Below are positions 8,979-18,390 of a DNA stretch of 64,000 nt, piece after piece (positions within the stretch are counted from its first letter, which is position 1; the number at the start of each line of letters is the position of its first letter). The translations under genes were made by a program, and so were the position numbers. Below the pieces are notes generated by a model. It made no database searches. It was not told the DNA's origin and worked only from the letters and a program-made list of their open reading frames with translations. The stretch spans positions 38,409-102,408 of the forward strand of contig CABVRX010000011.1 of the NCBI GenBank assembly GCA_902500825.1, given 5' to 3'. This DNA comes from an uncultured Nitrospira sp. Its GTDB lineage: Bacteria; Nitrospirota; Nitrospiria; Nitrospirales; Nitrospiraceae.

Positions 8979-10291
8979 CCCCACCATCCTCACACGCCGT
9001 CCTTGTTCTCGGCGCCGGACTGGCCGGTCTGACAACTGCCTACCATCTTCGCCAACGGGGCTACCATACCACTCTGCTCGATCATCCTGACTGGCTCGAT
9101 GGATTCGGGACCGATACATCCCAACCCGCCTCGATTGTGTTGGGATGCTACCATGAGACCAGGCGGGTCCTTCGTGCACTCGATGGAGAAATGCCCTCGA
9201 AAAACGACCGAACGATTCCTCTGGAGTTTCGGATGTTCGACGGACGAATCGCTCCCTACCAGTCAGCCCGCCTCCCCGGAGCCTTTCAGTGGATGATGAG
9301 CCTCTTCAGCTTTCACGGCCTTTCCTGGCAGGATCGGTGGAGACTCTTCTCCCATGTCGAGCAGATTTGGGAACAAGCCCAAACCCTCCCGGCAGATTTG
9401 GAGAATCGGACTGCGGATGAATGGCTGACGACCGCCGGGCAGAGCCCCGAAGCCAGAGAACGGATTTGGGATCCGCTTGCTCAATGGCTGGCCGGCAATC
9501 GCCTGGTGCGTCTCTCCGCAGCAACCTTCGTCCATCTGCTTTCAACCGTGTTTCTTCGTGACGCCTCGAACGCGAGACTTACACATCCGACAGGCTCCGT
9601 CGACCAACGATTCATGGCACCTATGAAGCAGGCGTTGGACAAGAGTGATGTGCGGATTATCCGCCTAACCCATCAACCGACCCTACGATTTGGGCAGACC
9701 GGCGTCAGCGAAGTCCGTCTTCATGACGACATCAGGCTGCGGGCCAACCGGTACGTCATTGCGCTATCCTACCAAAACCTATTGCAGCTACTGCCGGAAC
9801 GGCTGCTGACACGCTACGCCTACTTCGCACAGATCACCGAGCTCAAGAGTCTGAGCGAGGTTGCTATTCAAGTGACCTGCCCGGCGACGAAGCAACACCC
9901 TGGGCTGCTCCTCCTCTCAGGTCGACCGTTTCACCAGCTCATCAGCACATCGTTCGGTTCCGGCGAGATCGGATATCGGCTATCGGCCGTCGGAAACGCG
10001 CTCACCGAGTTGAACAACGATCAGTTGATCGATGCAGCTCAGGCCGAGATGTGCGAGTTGCTCCCAGGAACGGTTAGGGAAGGTGTGACTATTCGATCAA
10101 TCTTTCGTGAGCACCATGCTGCCCTGCTGCTTGCACCAGGTGCCGCGCGGCTGCGGCCGCTTCAACAGAGTCCCATCCAAAATTTGCTCGTCGCTGGGGC
10201 CTGGACCGACACCGGATGGCCGGCCAATCTGGAGAGCGCACTCGTCAGTGCCCATCGCTGTGCGGAACTCGTCGCCGGCCACACATCTTGA
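8954..10291 (+). CDS. hpnE: Hydroxysqualene dehydroxylase HpnE-like flavin oxidoreductase
   Basis: GAGLAGL dinucleotide motif, C-terminal AGAWTDTGWPANLESA, directly after hpnD. Confidence 0.65.
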   Translation: MAPLQILVTPPSSHAVLVLGAGLAGLTTAYHLRQRGYHTTLLDHPDWLDGFGTDTSQPASIVLGCYHETRRVLRALDGEMPSKNDRTIPLEFRMFDGRIAPYQSARLPGAFQWMMSLFSFHGLSWQDRWRLFSHVEQIWEQAQTLPADLENRTADEWLTTAGQSPEARERIWDPLAQWLAGNRLVRLSAATFVHLLSTVFLRDASNARLTHPTGSVDQRFMAPMKQALDKSDVRIIRLTHQPTLRFGQTGVSEVRLHDDIRLRANRYVIALSYQNLLQLLPERLLTRYAYFAQITELKSLSEVAIQVTCPATKQHPGLLLLSGRPFHQLISTSFGSGEIGYRLSAVGNALTELNNDQLIDAAQAEMCELLPGTVREGVTIRSIFREHHAALLLAPGAARLRPLQQSPIQNLLVAGAWTDTGWPANLESALVSAHRCAELVAGHTS

Positions 10292-10322
10292 CGCGGTAAT
10301 ACCTTGATGGTACGAGTAGCCA

Positions 10323-10631
10323 ATGACTTCGTGGACCAAGATTTTCGTGCTTGCGTTTCCGTTGATCGTGGGGAGTTGCGCGCAAGATCCCTACGAGCGC
10401 GGAAGACACCCTGATGGATTCACCCGATATGATGTAGAACGAGATTACAGGGAGTGTGAGTACAAGGCGAGTTTGGCGAACGGCCAGCACTTCTACGCCC
10501 AAGGTTCACCCTTTCCGTTCGGTTCCGGTCCTCAGAGTGCCGCCGACCATGCCCGCGCGCTGCATGGCCTTTCGACCATCAACGCCATGCGGGATACGTG
10601 TCTGGCGGCAAAAGGCTACCGGGTGGAATAA
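10323..10631 (+). CDS. Small lipoprotein
   Basis: Signal peptide with lipobox VGSC. C-terminal CLAAKGY. Confidence 0.65.
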   Translation: MTSWTKIFVLAFPLIVGSCAQDPYERGRHPDGFTRYDVERDYRECEYKASLANGQHFYAQGSPFPFGSGPQSAADHARALHGLSTINAMRDTCLAAKGYRVE

Positions 10632-11258
10632 CTAAAATGTTCCGGCCTGTAGATAACACAGATCCTCAAACCGCTCGCCACCCAAATACTTCGCGATCAC
10701 CATCCACTCACGCTTTGTATCCGTCATACCAATATAAGAGCGGCCATCGAGTAAGAATGGTTGAAGGGAAAATGATGTCGTCAGTATTGGAGGGGCTGTG
10801 GCCCTATCAATCCGGAGCGCTGTCAGCGGATAGGATCCGCCGGTTCGTTCGAACTTATTCTGGGTCGCCAGCAGCGGACTGAGGTCTTGCCAGGTAGCTC
10901 GTTCAAGCACCGTGCTGTCGGCGGGAAACACGTAGAGGCTGTCGCTCGGTACCCTCTTCATACAGAACGTCGCCCTCACTACCAAATCCTCTTGCCCATC
11001 ATTGTCGAGATCCATCCTTGTCCTGTCGAAGCTCGAGCAGCGCCGCGTCGGTGGTCCCTGACCTCTTAACTGGACCGGCTCCCACCGCACCGTCTTCGAG
11101 AGCTCAGCATTGAGGTCCAGCTGTTCTCCGAACAACGCCACCACTTTTTCACAAAAAGGTTTATCCGCGAACGCCGTCAGTTCGACAGAAGCCGCAACAG
11201 TCACCGCCGGGATCATCGCCACCAACAGGCTTCCTATACCCGTGATCTTCATTGCCAT
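10632..11258 (-). CDS. Secreted hypothetical protein
   Basis: GGAGG RBS before ATG 11258, signal peptide, and a DLDNDGQED Ca-binding-like motif. Confidence 0.65.
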   Translation of the reverse strand: MAMKITGIGSLLVAMIPAVTVAASVELTAFADKPFCEKVVALFGEQLDLNAELSKTVRWEPVQLRGQGPPTRRCSSFDRTRMDLDNDGQEDLVVRATFCMKRVPSDSLYVFPADSTVLERATWQDLSPLLATQNKFERTGGSYPLTALRIDRATAPPILTTSFSLQPFLLDGRSYIGMTDTKREWMVIAKYLGGERFEDLCYLQAGTF

Positions 11259-11346
11259 CTTCCGCCTCCAGGCCTCAGAATCTTGATTGACATCACAGCT
11301 CGCCGTTTCTAAGATACCGACACTACTGCGTTCGCCTTCAGGACTC

Positions 11347-12003
11347 ATGACGCTCACTCCTCTTCAAGAGCTTGCTCAATCCCTTGTCAACTGCGAGCGC
11401 TGCAAGCTGGCCAAGTTGGGGCGCAGCCAAGTCGTCTTCGGCGTCGGGAATCCTCATGCCAGTATCATGTTTGTCGGGGAAGCGCCAGGTTTCAACGAAG
11501 ATCAGAAGGGCGAGCCGTTCGTGGGGGCGGCAGGGAAGCTCCTGAACGATCTCCTCGCCTCGGCAGGGCTCGCGCGCGATCACATCTACATTGCGAACGT
11601 CATCAAGTGCCGCCCGCCGAACAATCGTGACCCAGAGCAAGACGAAGTGGAAACCTGCAAGCCGTTCCTAATGCAACAAATTCAGTTGATTAGGCCGAAA
11701 CTAGTCTGCACTTTGGGCAACTGGGCCACTCAGACATTACTGGAACGCAAAGTCGGGATCACCAAAGTAAAAGCCCAAGCTTTCTACATGAAAGATTTTG
11801 TGCTTTTTCCCCTCCTGCACCCAGCAGCCGCGCTCCATCAAGGCAACCTGCTCGTAACCTTGAAAGAGGATTTCAAGAAACTGAAGGAATTTCTCGACCG
11901 GCACTCCAAACCGGCTGAGCCAACCACCACAGCTCCTGCCCCAGCCGCACCAGTCTTGAACATTGAATCACCCCAGCCGGCACAAATGGATCTGTTCGGA
12001 TAG
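11347..12003 (+). CDS. Uracil-DNA glycosylase family 4 (4Fe-4S)
   Basis: CERCKL, VGEAPG, GEPFVGAAG, KCRPPNNR, LHPAA. Confidence 0.9.
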   Translation: MTLTPLQELAQSLVNCERCKLAKLGRSQVVFGVGNPHASIMFVGEAPGFNEDQKGEPFVGAAGKLLNDLLASAGLARDHIYIANVIKCRPPNNRDPEQDEVETCKPFLMQQIQLIRPKLVCTLGNWATQTLLERKVGITKVKAQAFYMKDFVLFPLLHPAAALHQGNLLVTLKEDFKKLKEFLDRHSKPAEPTTTAPAPAAPVLNIESPQPAQMDLFG

Positions 12004-12222
12004 ATTGACCACACTCATATCTAGCCACTCACACAGTTGGAAGTGAATCGATGCCTACCTGTAAAGCAAGGCAATGGTTGGTATGATTCTGGGAGTGGCA
12101 AAGTCGGATTGCAAGTCATCGATCGAACGGCTCGGAAGACGCTCCATTGTTCACTAAGGAGGATCCCGCACTGGATACCGATGGTCTCATTGCGGATGCT
12201 TGGAAAGTATACCGAGGATCAG

Positions 12223-12916
12223 CTAACTAGAGGAGTTATGTTTTCGACACAATTTTATGACCCCATTTCCTTCAGCATAGTTACAATAAAATGTTGTCCC
12301 GCCCGGATGGATGAGCGCACCTAGGAAGTAAAAAACCATTTCTCCATCATCGAGCCGTTTCTTCTGCTCATGCGATACAGCATCCCCTTTCAATGTGAAA
12401 TAATAACTTGGAGGTGATGGTGGGATATCAGTGCTAATTGCGCGAACTTCATTTGTGGCCTGCATGAGGCGATTGAAAAGATAATCTTCGGTGCGCATTT
12501 CCTCTTCTACGCCGACCGGTCGTTCTATAAGGGCTGTCACATCATACGCCTTCATTGTCAATTGGCTTGAAGTGAGATTGTTAATGACGATGTTTATAAG
12601 AATTTGCTGCCCCGGTACTGGAGAATAGAGTTCAATCTTTCGTATGCTTAATTGCAAAGGCTTGCTAGCGAGCCAGTCATACATACTTGGGGTCGATAAC
12701 AAGAATGCGCCAAGCAATAAACTGCTCGTTAGTGCTTTTCGCTTCTTTCCCCATCCGTTATCTTTTCCGCAATACCAAGCTGAAATAGCGAAAGGTTATT
12801 CCGGTCAAAATCCAAAAACATATGGCTATATGGATGGCCCCTTTCAGAGCTGCCAACGCGCTAATAAATCCAAAAAACGCAGCGGTAAAAACTGAAAACC
12901 ACATCGAGGTATGCAT
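12223..12916 (-). pseudogene. Frameshifted membrane-anchored hypothetical protein (about 230 aa if repaired)
   Basis: The ATG 12916 frame (MHTSMWF...LTGIT) joins the 12223..12717 frame (FAISAWYC...) if one T is removed at 12791-12793. AT-rich region. Confidence 0.55.
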
Positions 12917-13384
12917 GTACGTAACCCTCAATTGTCAGAGGAACTGTACCATGATACCCCAATCAAATGCGCAACCGGGAGGCGCTAAATGAAACCGGAT
13001 GCGGAATGCCACTCAGAGCGAACTTCTAAGGAGCTATTGATCGGCTAACCGTCGACGTCGAAGAAGTCTCGTCCATCGCGAAACCCTGAGCCATGCAGTA
13101 AGTTCGGAAGCTATCTGGTGATAGTTGGCGAGTTCGGATCCCTTGTGCGGAGAACCGTTCCTTTGGATATAGTCTAAGCCACGGTCACCGCGTGGATATG
13201 ATCGAGTTGAGCAAAATATTGAGACGACCACGTCGCTGTGCTGCGATGAACGCTAGGCTTTCGACCTGATCGGTGACGAGGAATCTGATTTTTCGGGTTG
13301 GCTGTTTTCTTCTTCAGCAGGTTTCTCTTCTTCCGGCAGGTCGAACCACTGAACCAACATTTCTTCCCACTCAGATACAGCGGA

Positions 13385-13696
13385 CTACGCTGCCGTCTTC
13401 TTCAGCCAGAGTTCGGTGCGATAGCCTGTCGCGGCCAGAACTCGAATCAGTACATCGGTCGAGACACCCTGTGTATTGCCGTTCGCAATGGCGGTGACTC
13501 GGGTTCTTGAGGTTCCGGCGCGCTTGGCGATTTCAGCATGAGTCAGTCGTCCCGTCTGAATGATCTTTGCCAGTGCCATGGTCAATTCCGAGCGAAACTC
13601 CATTTCGGCGGTGTCTGCTACGGACAGCCCCAAAGCCCGTCCAAGTTCTTCGGCTGTACGAACGGTCACGCCCTTGCGAGTTTTAGCAGTCACCAT
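13385..13696 (-). CDS. XRE-family HTH protein (HigA-like antitoxin type)
   Basis: LTHAEIAKRAGTSRTRVTAIANG HTH. The N-terminal AEELGRALGL...AEMEFRSEL is typical of this antitoxin class. Confidence 0.8.
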   Translation of the reverse strand: MVTAKTRKGVTVRTAEELGRALGLSVADTAEMEFRSELTMALAKIIQTGRLTHAEIAKRAGTSRTRVTAIANGNTQGVSTDVLIRVLAATGYRTELWLKKTAA

Positions 13697-13718
13697 GCAG
13701 CACGTTCTTTGGCCTTGG

Positions 13719-14174
13719 CTAGACTTTTGATTTGAGGGTCGCTGAGGAATCTGAATTCTTGGGTTGGTCGCTTTCTTCCTCGGCCGGTTTCTCCTCTTCC
13801 GGCACGTCGAACCACTGGACCAACATCTCTTCCCACCAGGCCTGGGTCACCTCGTCTCCTGGGTCGGTCCCCAGAAAGGCCACATCGTCTTTCGTGATAG
13901 ATGACCCGACGAGCTGCGGCTGGAATTTCGCGCGATTGATGACTTCTTTCGTGGCATAGCCGCCGATGATCCAGGAATCCGGATCGGCTCGGCGGGACTT
14001 GTACGCCTTCAAGCCGTGCTTGAAATACATGAAGATCTGCTGTTGGATCGGATCGGCAACGCCGGACTGGGGCAGACTGAGGGTTTTCTCGATTGGCTTC
14101 CGCCAATGCCGATCCTCGTAGCGCGACGTGATCAGCTGAAGCATTTTCTTTCCTAATTCGGCATCAAGCGGCAT
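13719..14174 (-). CDS. Hypothetical protein
   Basis: 151 aa ORF in operon position after the YbhB/YbcL genes. Confidence 0.75.
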   Translation of the reverse strand: MPLDAELGKKMLQLITSRYEDRHWRKPIEKTLSLPQSGVADPIQQQIFMYFKHGLKAYKSRRADPDSWIIGGYATKEVINRAKFQPQLVGSSITKDDVAFLGTDPGDEVTQAWWEEMLVQWFDVPEEEKPAEEESDQPKNSDSSATLKSKV

Positions 14175-14196
14175 GGTGTGAAGCTCTCACTTGTCG

Positions 14197-14754
14197 TTAC
14201 TTGCGGCCGTACAGGCCGGTGAACGATGCCTTAGCCAAGGCATTCTGATTCAGATAGTACCCGACCATCGCTCCGGATGCCTCTGGTGTCAGAGGCAATT
14301 GATCCACCTTCAAGGCAAACACCGTAAAGATGTAGCGATGCGGCTTGTGGCCCGGAGGAGGACAGGGTCCACCGTACCCAGACCGACCAAAATCCGTCAT
14401 GCTTTGTATGCTGAATTGCGGAGCGTCAGGGCCGTCAGCCTTTCCTGCATCGGCAGCGAGCGCCGTAATATCGGGAGGAATATTGAAGACGATCCAGTGC
14501 CACCAGCCGCTGCCGGTCGGAGCATCGGGGTCATACACCGTCACCGCAAAGCTTTTGGTATCCTTCGGTGCATTCGTCCAGCGCAATTCAGGGGACACAT
14601 TGTCGCCACTGCATCCAAATCCATTGAAGACATGCGCCTTGCCGATGGTGCCCTTGTTCTTGACGGTCGGGCTGGTGAGTTGAAAATCGGCCGCCGCGCT
14701 GATACCGGGAAGGAATGCAATTGCGAACAGCCCGATGCTCCATATCCATCGCAT
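14197..14754 (-). CDS. YbhB/YbcL (PEBP/Raf kinase inhibitor-like) protein, exported
   Basis: Signal peptide, VYDPDAPTGSGWWHW, GYGGPCPP, HRYIFTVFAL. Confidence 0.9.
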   Translation of the reverse strand: MRWIWSIGLFAIAFLPGISAAADFQLTSPTVKNKGTIGKAHVFNGFGCSGDNVSPELRWTNAPKDTKSFAVTVYDPDAPTGSGWWHWIVFNIPPDITALAADAGKADGPDAPQFSIQSMTDFGRSGYGGPCPPPGHKPHRYIFTVFALKVDQLPLTPEASGAMVGYYLNQNALAKASFTGLYGRK

Positions 14755-14809
14755 AGCTCAGCACCTCTCTAGAAATTCACTCTCCGTGATCAGGTCTTGG
14801 CGATGCCCT

Positions 14810-15274
14810 TCATCGAACCTTCTGATACGTCCCCATCAGGTGCGTTTCGCCGAGAACATGGCCCTTCATGGCCTGTTCAACCTGAACTTTGGTCGGCTGC
14901 TTCAGATCCGGCAGTACAACATCGAGCGCGTAGAGCTTATGGAAATACCGATGTCGGCCGATCGGTGGGCAAGGCCCTCCATAGCCTGTCCGTTTCCAAT
15001 CGTTGACGCCTTCTTTGGTTCCTGGAAGGAGAGCCTTCGCGCCTTCGGGCAAACTCTCGGTTGTCGGCGGTAGGTTATAGAGCACCCAATGGACCCACGT
15101 CATTTTCGGTGCCGCTGGATCTGGAGCGTCAGGATCATCGACGATTAACACCAGGCTCTGGGTGCCGGCCGGTAAGCCGGTCCAGGCCAGTGGCGGAGAA
15201 ATGTCTTTGCCTTCGCAGGTGTACAACGTCGGAATGACTCCTTGGTGGCTGAAGGCTGTGGAAGTGATTTGCAA
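14810..15274 (-). CDS. YbhB/YbcL (PEBP) protein, cytoplasmic
   Basis: VDDPDAP, WVHWVLYNLP, GYGGPCPP, HRYFHKLYALD. No signal peptide. Confidence 0.9.
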   Translation of the reverse strand: MQITSTAFSHQGVIPTLYTCEGKDISPPLAWTGLPAGTQSLVLIVDDPDAPDPAAPKMTWVHWVLYNLPPTTESLPEGAKALLPGTKEGVNDWKRTGYGGPCPPIGRHRYFHKLYALDVVLPDLKQPTKVQVEQAMKGHVLGETHLMGTYQKVR

Positions 15275-15300
15275 GCGCCCTCCTTGCGTCCTAGATCACC

Positions 15301-16677
15301 TCAGTTGCCCGCTACCATCATCTCGGAGATCTTCACTGTGGGGCTCGCAATACGTCCTCGAAATACGAGGTCGCTTCCTATTGCTTCGATATCCTTGAAC
15401 ATTTGTTTCAGGTTGCCGGCGATGGTGATTTCTTCGACGGGGTAGGCTAACTCTCCGTTTTCAATCCAGAACCCGCAGGCGCCGCGCGAATAATCGCCGG
15501 TGACCATATTGATTCCAAACCCGATCAATTCGGTGACATAGAGCCCTTCCTTGACTGAACCGATAATCTCCTGCGAGCTTTTCAACCCGGGGACGAGATA
15601 AAAATTTGTCGGGCCGACGGAAGGGCTCTCGCCCACGCTTCGTGACGCGTTGCCGGTCGACGGCAGACCCAGTTTCTTTCCGGAATAGGTATCGAGCAGG
15701 TAACTCTTCAAGACACCGCGCTCGACAATCGTGTTTTTCCGCGTGGCCAATCCTTCGCCGTCAAATGGGCGAGATCCAAGACCTCCGACCATCCGGCCGT
15801 CGTCGTACACGGTCAGCAGATCGCACGCAATCTTCTGGCCCAGTTTGTCGAGAAGAAACGAGGCCCGCTTGTAGAGACCATAGCCGGACACGGCGCTGCA
15901 TAAGTTTGCCAGCAAACTGCCGGCCGTTTCTTGATCGAACACGACCGGCACTCGTTTCGTCGCCACCTTGCGGGCGCCTAGGCGGCGAACGGCTCGCCTG
16001 GCCGCCTCCTGCCCGATCGATTCTGCGGATGCCAACCGTGCAAACTTGCGTTGGACTTCGTACCATGCATCTCGCTGCATGGCCCCGGTGCCGGATTCGA
16101 TCGCAATCGGAGAGACGGACAGTGAAAAATTTGAACTTTTATAGGACCCGACGAATCCGTGGCTGTTCGCCAGCACTACTCGCCCGGACGACGAATCGAA
16201 CTCCGCACCTTCCGAGTTCGTGATGCGTGAGTCCAAGGCAAAGGCCGCCGCTTCTCCGCGCTTGGCCCAATCGATCTGCGTTTCCGTATCGAGCACCGTC
16301 TCATCATAGAGATCGAGATTCGGCTGTTCTTTGGCCATCTGAGCCTCATCCGGTAACCCTGATACGTCATCCTCAACCACAGCCCCGGCCAAGGTGCAGG
16401 TGTCTTCAACAAGACGTTCAAGGGATTCCCGCGAGAAGTCGGATGTGGACGTGGTCGCCGATCGCTTTCCGATGAAGACACGCAGTCCTAACCGCTTCTC
16501 TCTCGCCTTCGTCAATCGATCGACCGTGCCGACCCGCACTTGAACCGAAAGGGTCTCACCATCGGCCACTACGATATCGGCCTCCGTCGCGCCGCAGACT
16601 TTCGCACGGGCCAGGACATCGGCAGCGAGTTGGGCGTACCCATTGGCGCTATCTGGAGTTGTATATTTCTGAAGCAT
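15301..16677 (-). CDS. pmbA: PmbA/TldE metalloprotease subunit
   Basis: FDGEG, YLLDTYS, GDYSRGACGF and EITIAGN motifs. Follows tldD. Confidence 0.9.
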   Translation of the reverse strand: MLQKYTTPDSANGYAQLAADVLARAKVCGATEADIVVADGETLSVQVRVGTVDRLTKAREKRLGLRVFIGKRSATTSTSDFSRESLERLVEDTCTLAGAVVEDDVSGLPDEAQMAKEQPNLDLYDETVLDTETQIDWAKRGEAAAFALDSRITNSEGAEFDSSSGRVVLANSHGFVGSYKSSNFSLSVSPIAIESGTGAMQRDAWYEVQRKFARLASAESIGQEAARRAVRRLGARKVATKRVPVVFDQETAGSLLANLCSAVSGYGLYKRASFLLDKLGQKIACDLLTVYDDGRMVGGLGSRPFDGEGLATRKNTIVERGVLKSYLLDTYSGKKLGLPSTGNASRSVGESPSVGPTNFYLVPGLKSSQEIIGSVKEGLYVTELIGFGINMVTGDYSRGACGFWIENGELAYPVEEITIAGNLKQMFKDIEAIGSDLVFRGRIASPTVKISEMMVAGN

Positions 16678-16754
16678 CGCTGCGCTTTACCGATTGTCAT
16701 GCGTCAACCGTCTCACGATCGATTGACGAACAAACTTGACGGATGCACGCCCTT

Positions 16755-18185
16755 CTATCTCTGCGTGCCGCCGACCGTAATCTCGTCGATTTTGATAGTC
16801 GGCAAGCCGACCCCGACCGGGACCGATTGGCCGTCTTTGCCACATGTGCCGATGCCATTGTCGAGTTTCAGATCATGGCCCACCATCGAGACCTTGGTGA
16901 GAATCTCCGGCCCACTCCCGATCAATGTCGCTCCCTTGACCGGAGTCGTGATCCGCCCATCCTCGATAAGGTAGGCCTCGCTGGCAGAGAACACGAACTT
17001 CCCGTTGGTGATATCAACCTGCCCGCCGCCGAACGAGACGGCATACAACCCTTTTTTCACCGACCGGATAATATCCTGAGGATCCGACTCGCCGGCCAAC
17101 ATGAAGGTATTCGTCATCCGAGGGAGCACCACGCTTTGATAGTTCTCCCGCCGACCGTTGCCCGTCAGGGGAATCCCCATGAGGCGAGCGTTGAGCTTAT
17201 CGGTGATATAGCGGCGGAGGATGCCCTTCTCGATGAGCGTGGTGGAGCTGGTCGGTGTTCCCTCATCATCCATATTCAACGAGCCACGGCGAAACGGAAG
17301 GGTGCCATCATCGACGATCGTACAAGCGTCCGACGCCACGCGTTTCCCGATCAGATTCGAGAAGGCCGATGTTTTTTTCCGGTTGAAGTCGGCTTCCAAT
17401 CCATGTCCGATTGCTTCGTGCAACAGGATACCAGGCCATCCGCCGGCCAGCACAACGGGCATCACCCCGGCCGGAGCATCCACTGCGGACAAGTTAAGAA
17501 TCGCCTCTCTTGCGGCTTCTCGCGCATAGCTCAAGTGTCGATTATCCTCGCGGTAGTACTCGAACCCGACCCGGCCTCCTCCACCGAAGCTCCCGACCTG
17601 TCGATTATCACGGTCCTCGGCAATACACGTGATCTGCAGACGAGACAACGGCTGGATGTCGCCGACCAGGGTTCCATCAGAGGTCGCGACGGCCATCACT
17701 TTGTATTCGGTGTTAAAAGAAGCCATCACGTTCTTGATACGGGGGTCGTACCGCCTGGCTTCGGCATCGATTTCATTCAACAGTGCCACACGATCGGCCG
17801 TCGCCACCTCGGCCTTCGCCCATTCGATCGGATACAGGTCTCTGGTCGGTCGGCGCTGGGTGGGCACTGGAACGGGGGAATCCCCTTTGGGAGAATTGGC
17901 AATATAGCGCGCCGTATCGGCCGCAACCTCCAGATCCTTCTTCGTGAGTTCATCCGAGTAGGCAAACCCGGTTTTTTCGCCGGCGGTCGCACGGACTCCG
18001 ACCCCTTGAGACACACTCTTCGCAGCACGTTTAACGATGCCTTCCTCCATCGAAACCGATTCTGACGTACGGGACTCGAAATACAGATCAGCATAATCGA
18101 CATCCCGCACGTTCAGTCGATCAAGTGCATGCTGGGCTTCGAGTTCAGTGACCCCGAATTTGGCTAGCTGGACCGGCTCAAGCAT
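16755..18185 (-). CDS. tldD: TldD metalloprotease subunit
   Basis: HEAIGHGLEAD, DDEG, PRMTNT, CGKDGQSVPVGVGLPT. Confidence 0.95.
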   Translation of the reverse strand: MLEPVQLAKFGVTELEAQHALDRLNVRDVDYADLYFESRTSESVSMEEGIVKRAAKSVSQGVGVRATAGEKTGFAYSDELTKKDLEVAADTARYIANSPKGDSPVPVPTQRRPTRDLYPIEWAKAEVATADRVALLNEIDAEARRYDPRIKNVMASFNTEYKVMAVATSDGTLVGDIQPLSRLQITCIAEDRDNRQVGSFGGGGRVGFEYYREDNRHLSYAREAAREAILNLSAVDAPAGVMPVVLAGGWPGILLHEAIGHGLEADFNRKKTSAFSNLIGKRVASDACTIVDDGTLPFRRGSLNMDDEGTPTSSTTLIEKGILRRYITDKLNARLMGIPLTGNGRRENYQSVVLPRMTNTFMLAGESDPQDIIRSVKKGLYAVSFGGGQVDITNGKFVFSASEAYLIEDGRITTPVKGATLIGSGPEILTKVSMVGHDLKLDNGIGTCGKDGQSVPVGVGLPTIKIDEITVGGTQR

Positions 18186-18306
18186 AGTGGTGGTTACCCC
18201 CTGATCCCTGTCGGCTGATGCGCGAGTATAGCCCATTCATTTCCGCCGTCGCAATGCGATGATTCCTCATCAATCCAGATTCCTGAAGTCGTTTCCGAGT
18301 TATCGT

Positions 18307-18335
18307 TTGACATTCCATACCCCCAACAGTAGACT
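18307..18335 (+). promoter_or_regulatory. Sigma70 promoter of the uppS operon
   Basis: TTGACA-N17-TAGACT upstream of the ATG at 18391. Confidence 0.65.
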
Positions 18336-18390
18336 TTCTCCACTTTCTCTCCCCCTAACGCTGGACATGAGGAACGCGCTCTAGGTTTGT

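Noticed and set aside
13034-13231. 65-aa ORF downstream of the HTH gene as a toxin
   Set aside because: No toxin motif and weak coding signal.
16743-18065. 440-aa plus-strand ORF
   Set aside because: Antisense shadow of tldD with no motifs. The same applies to 24989..25987, 29406..30086 and 52524..53546.
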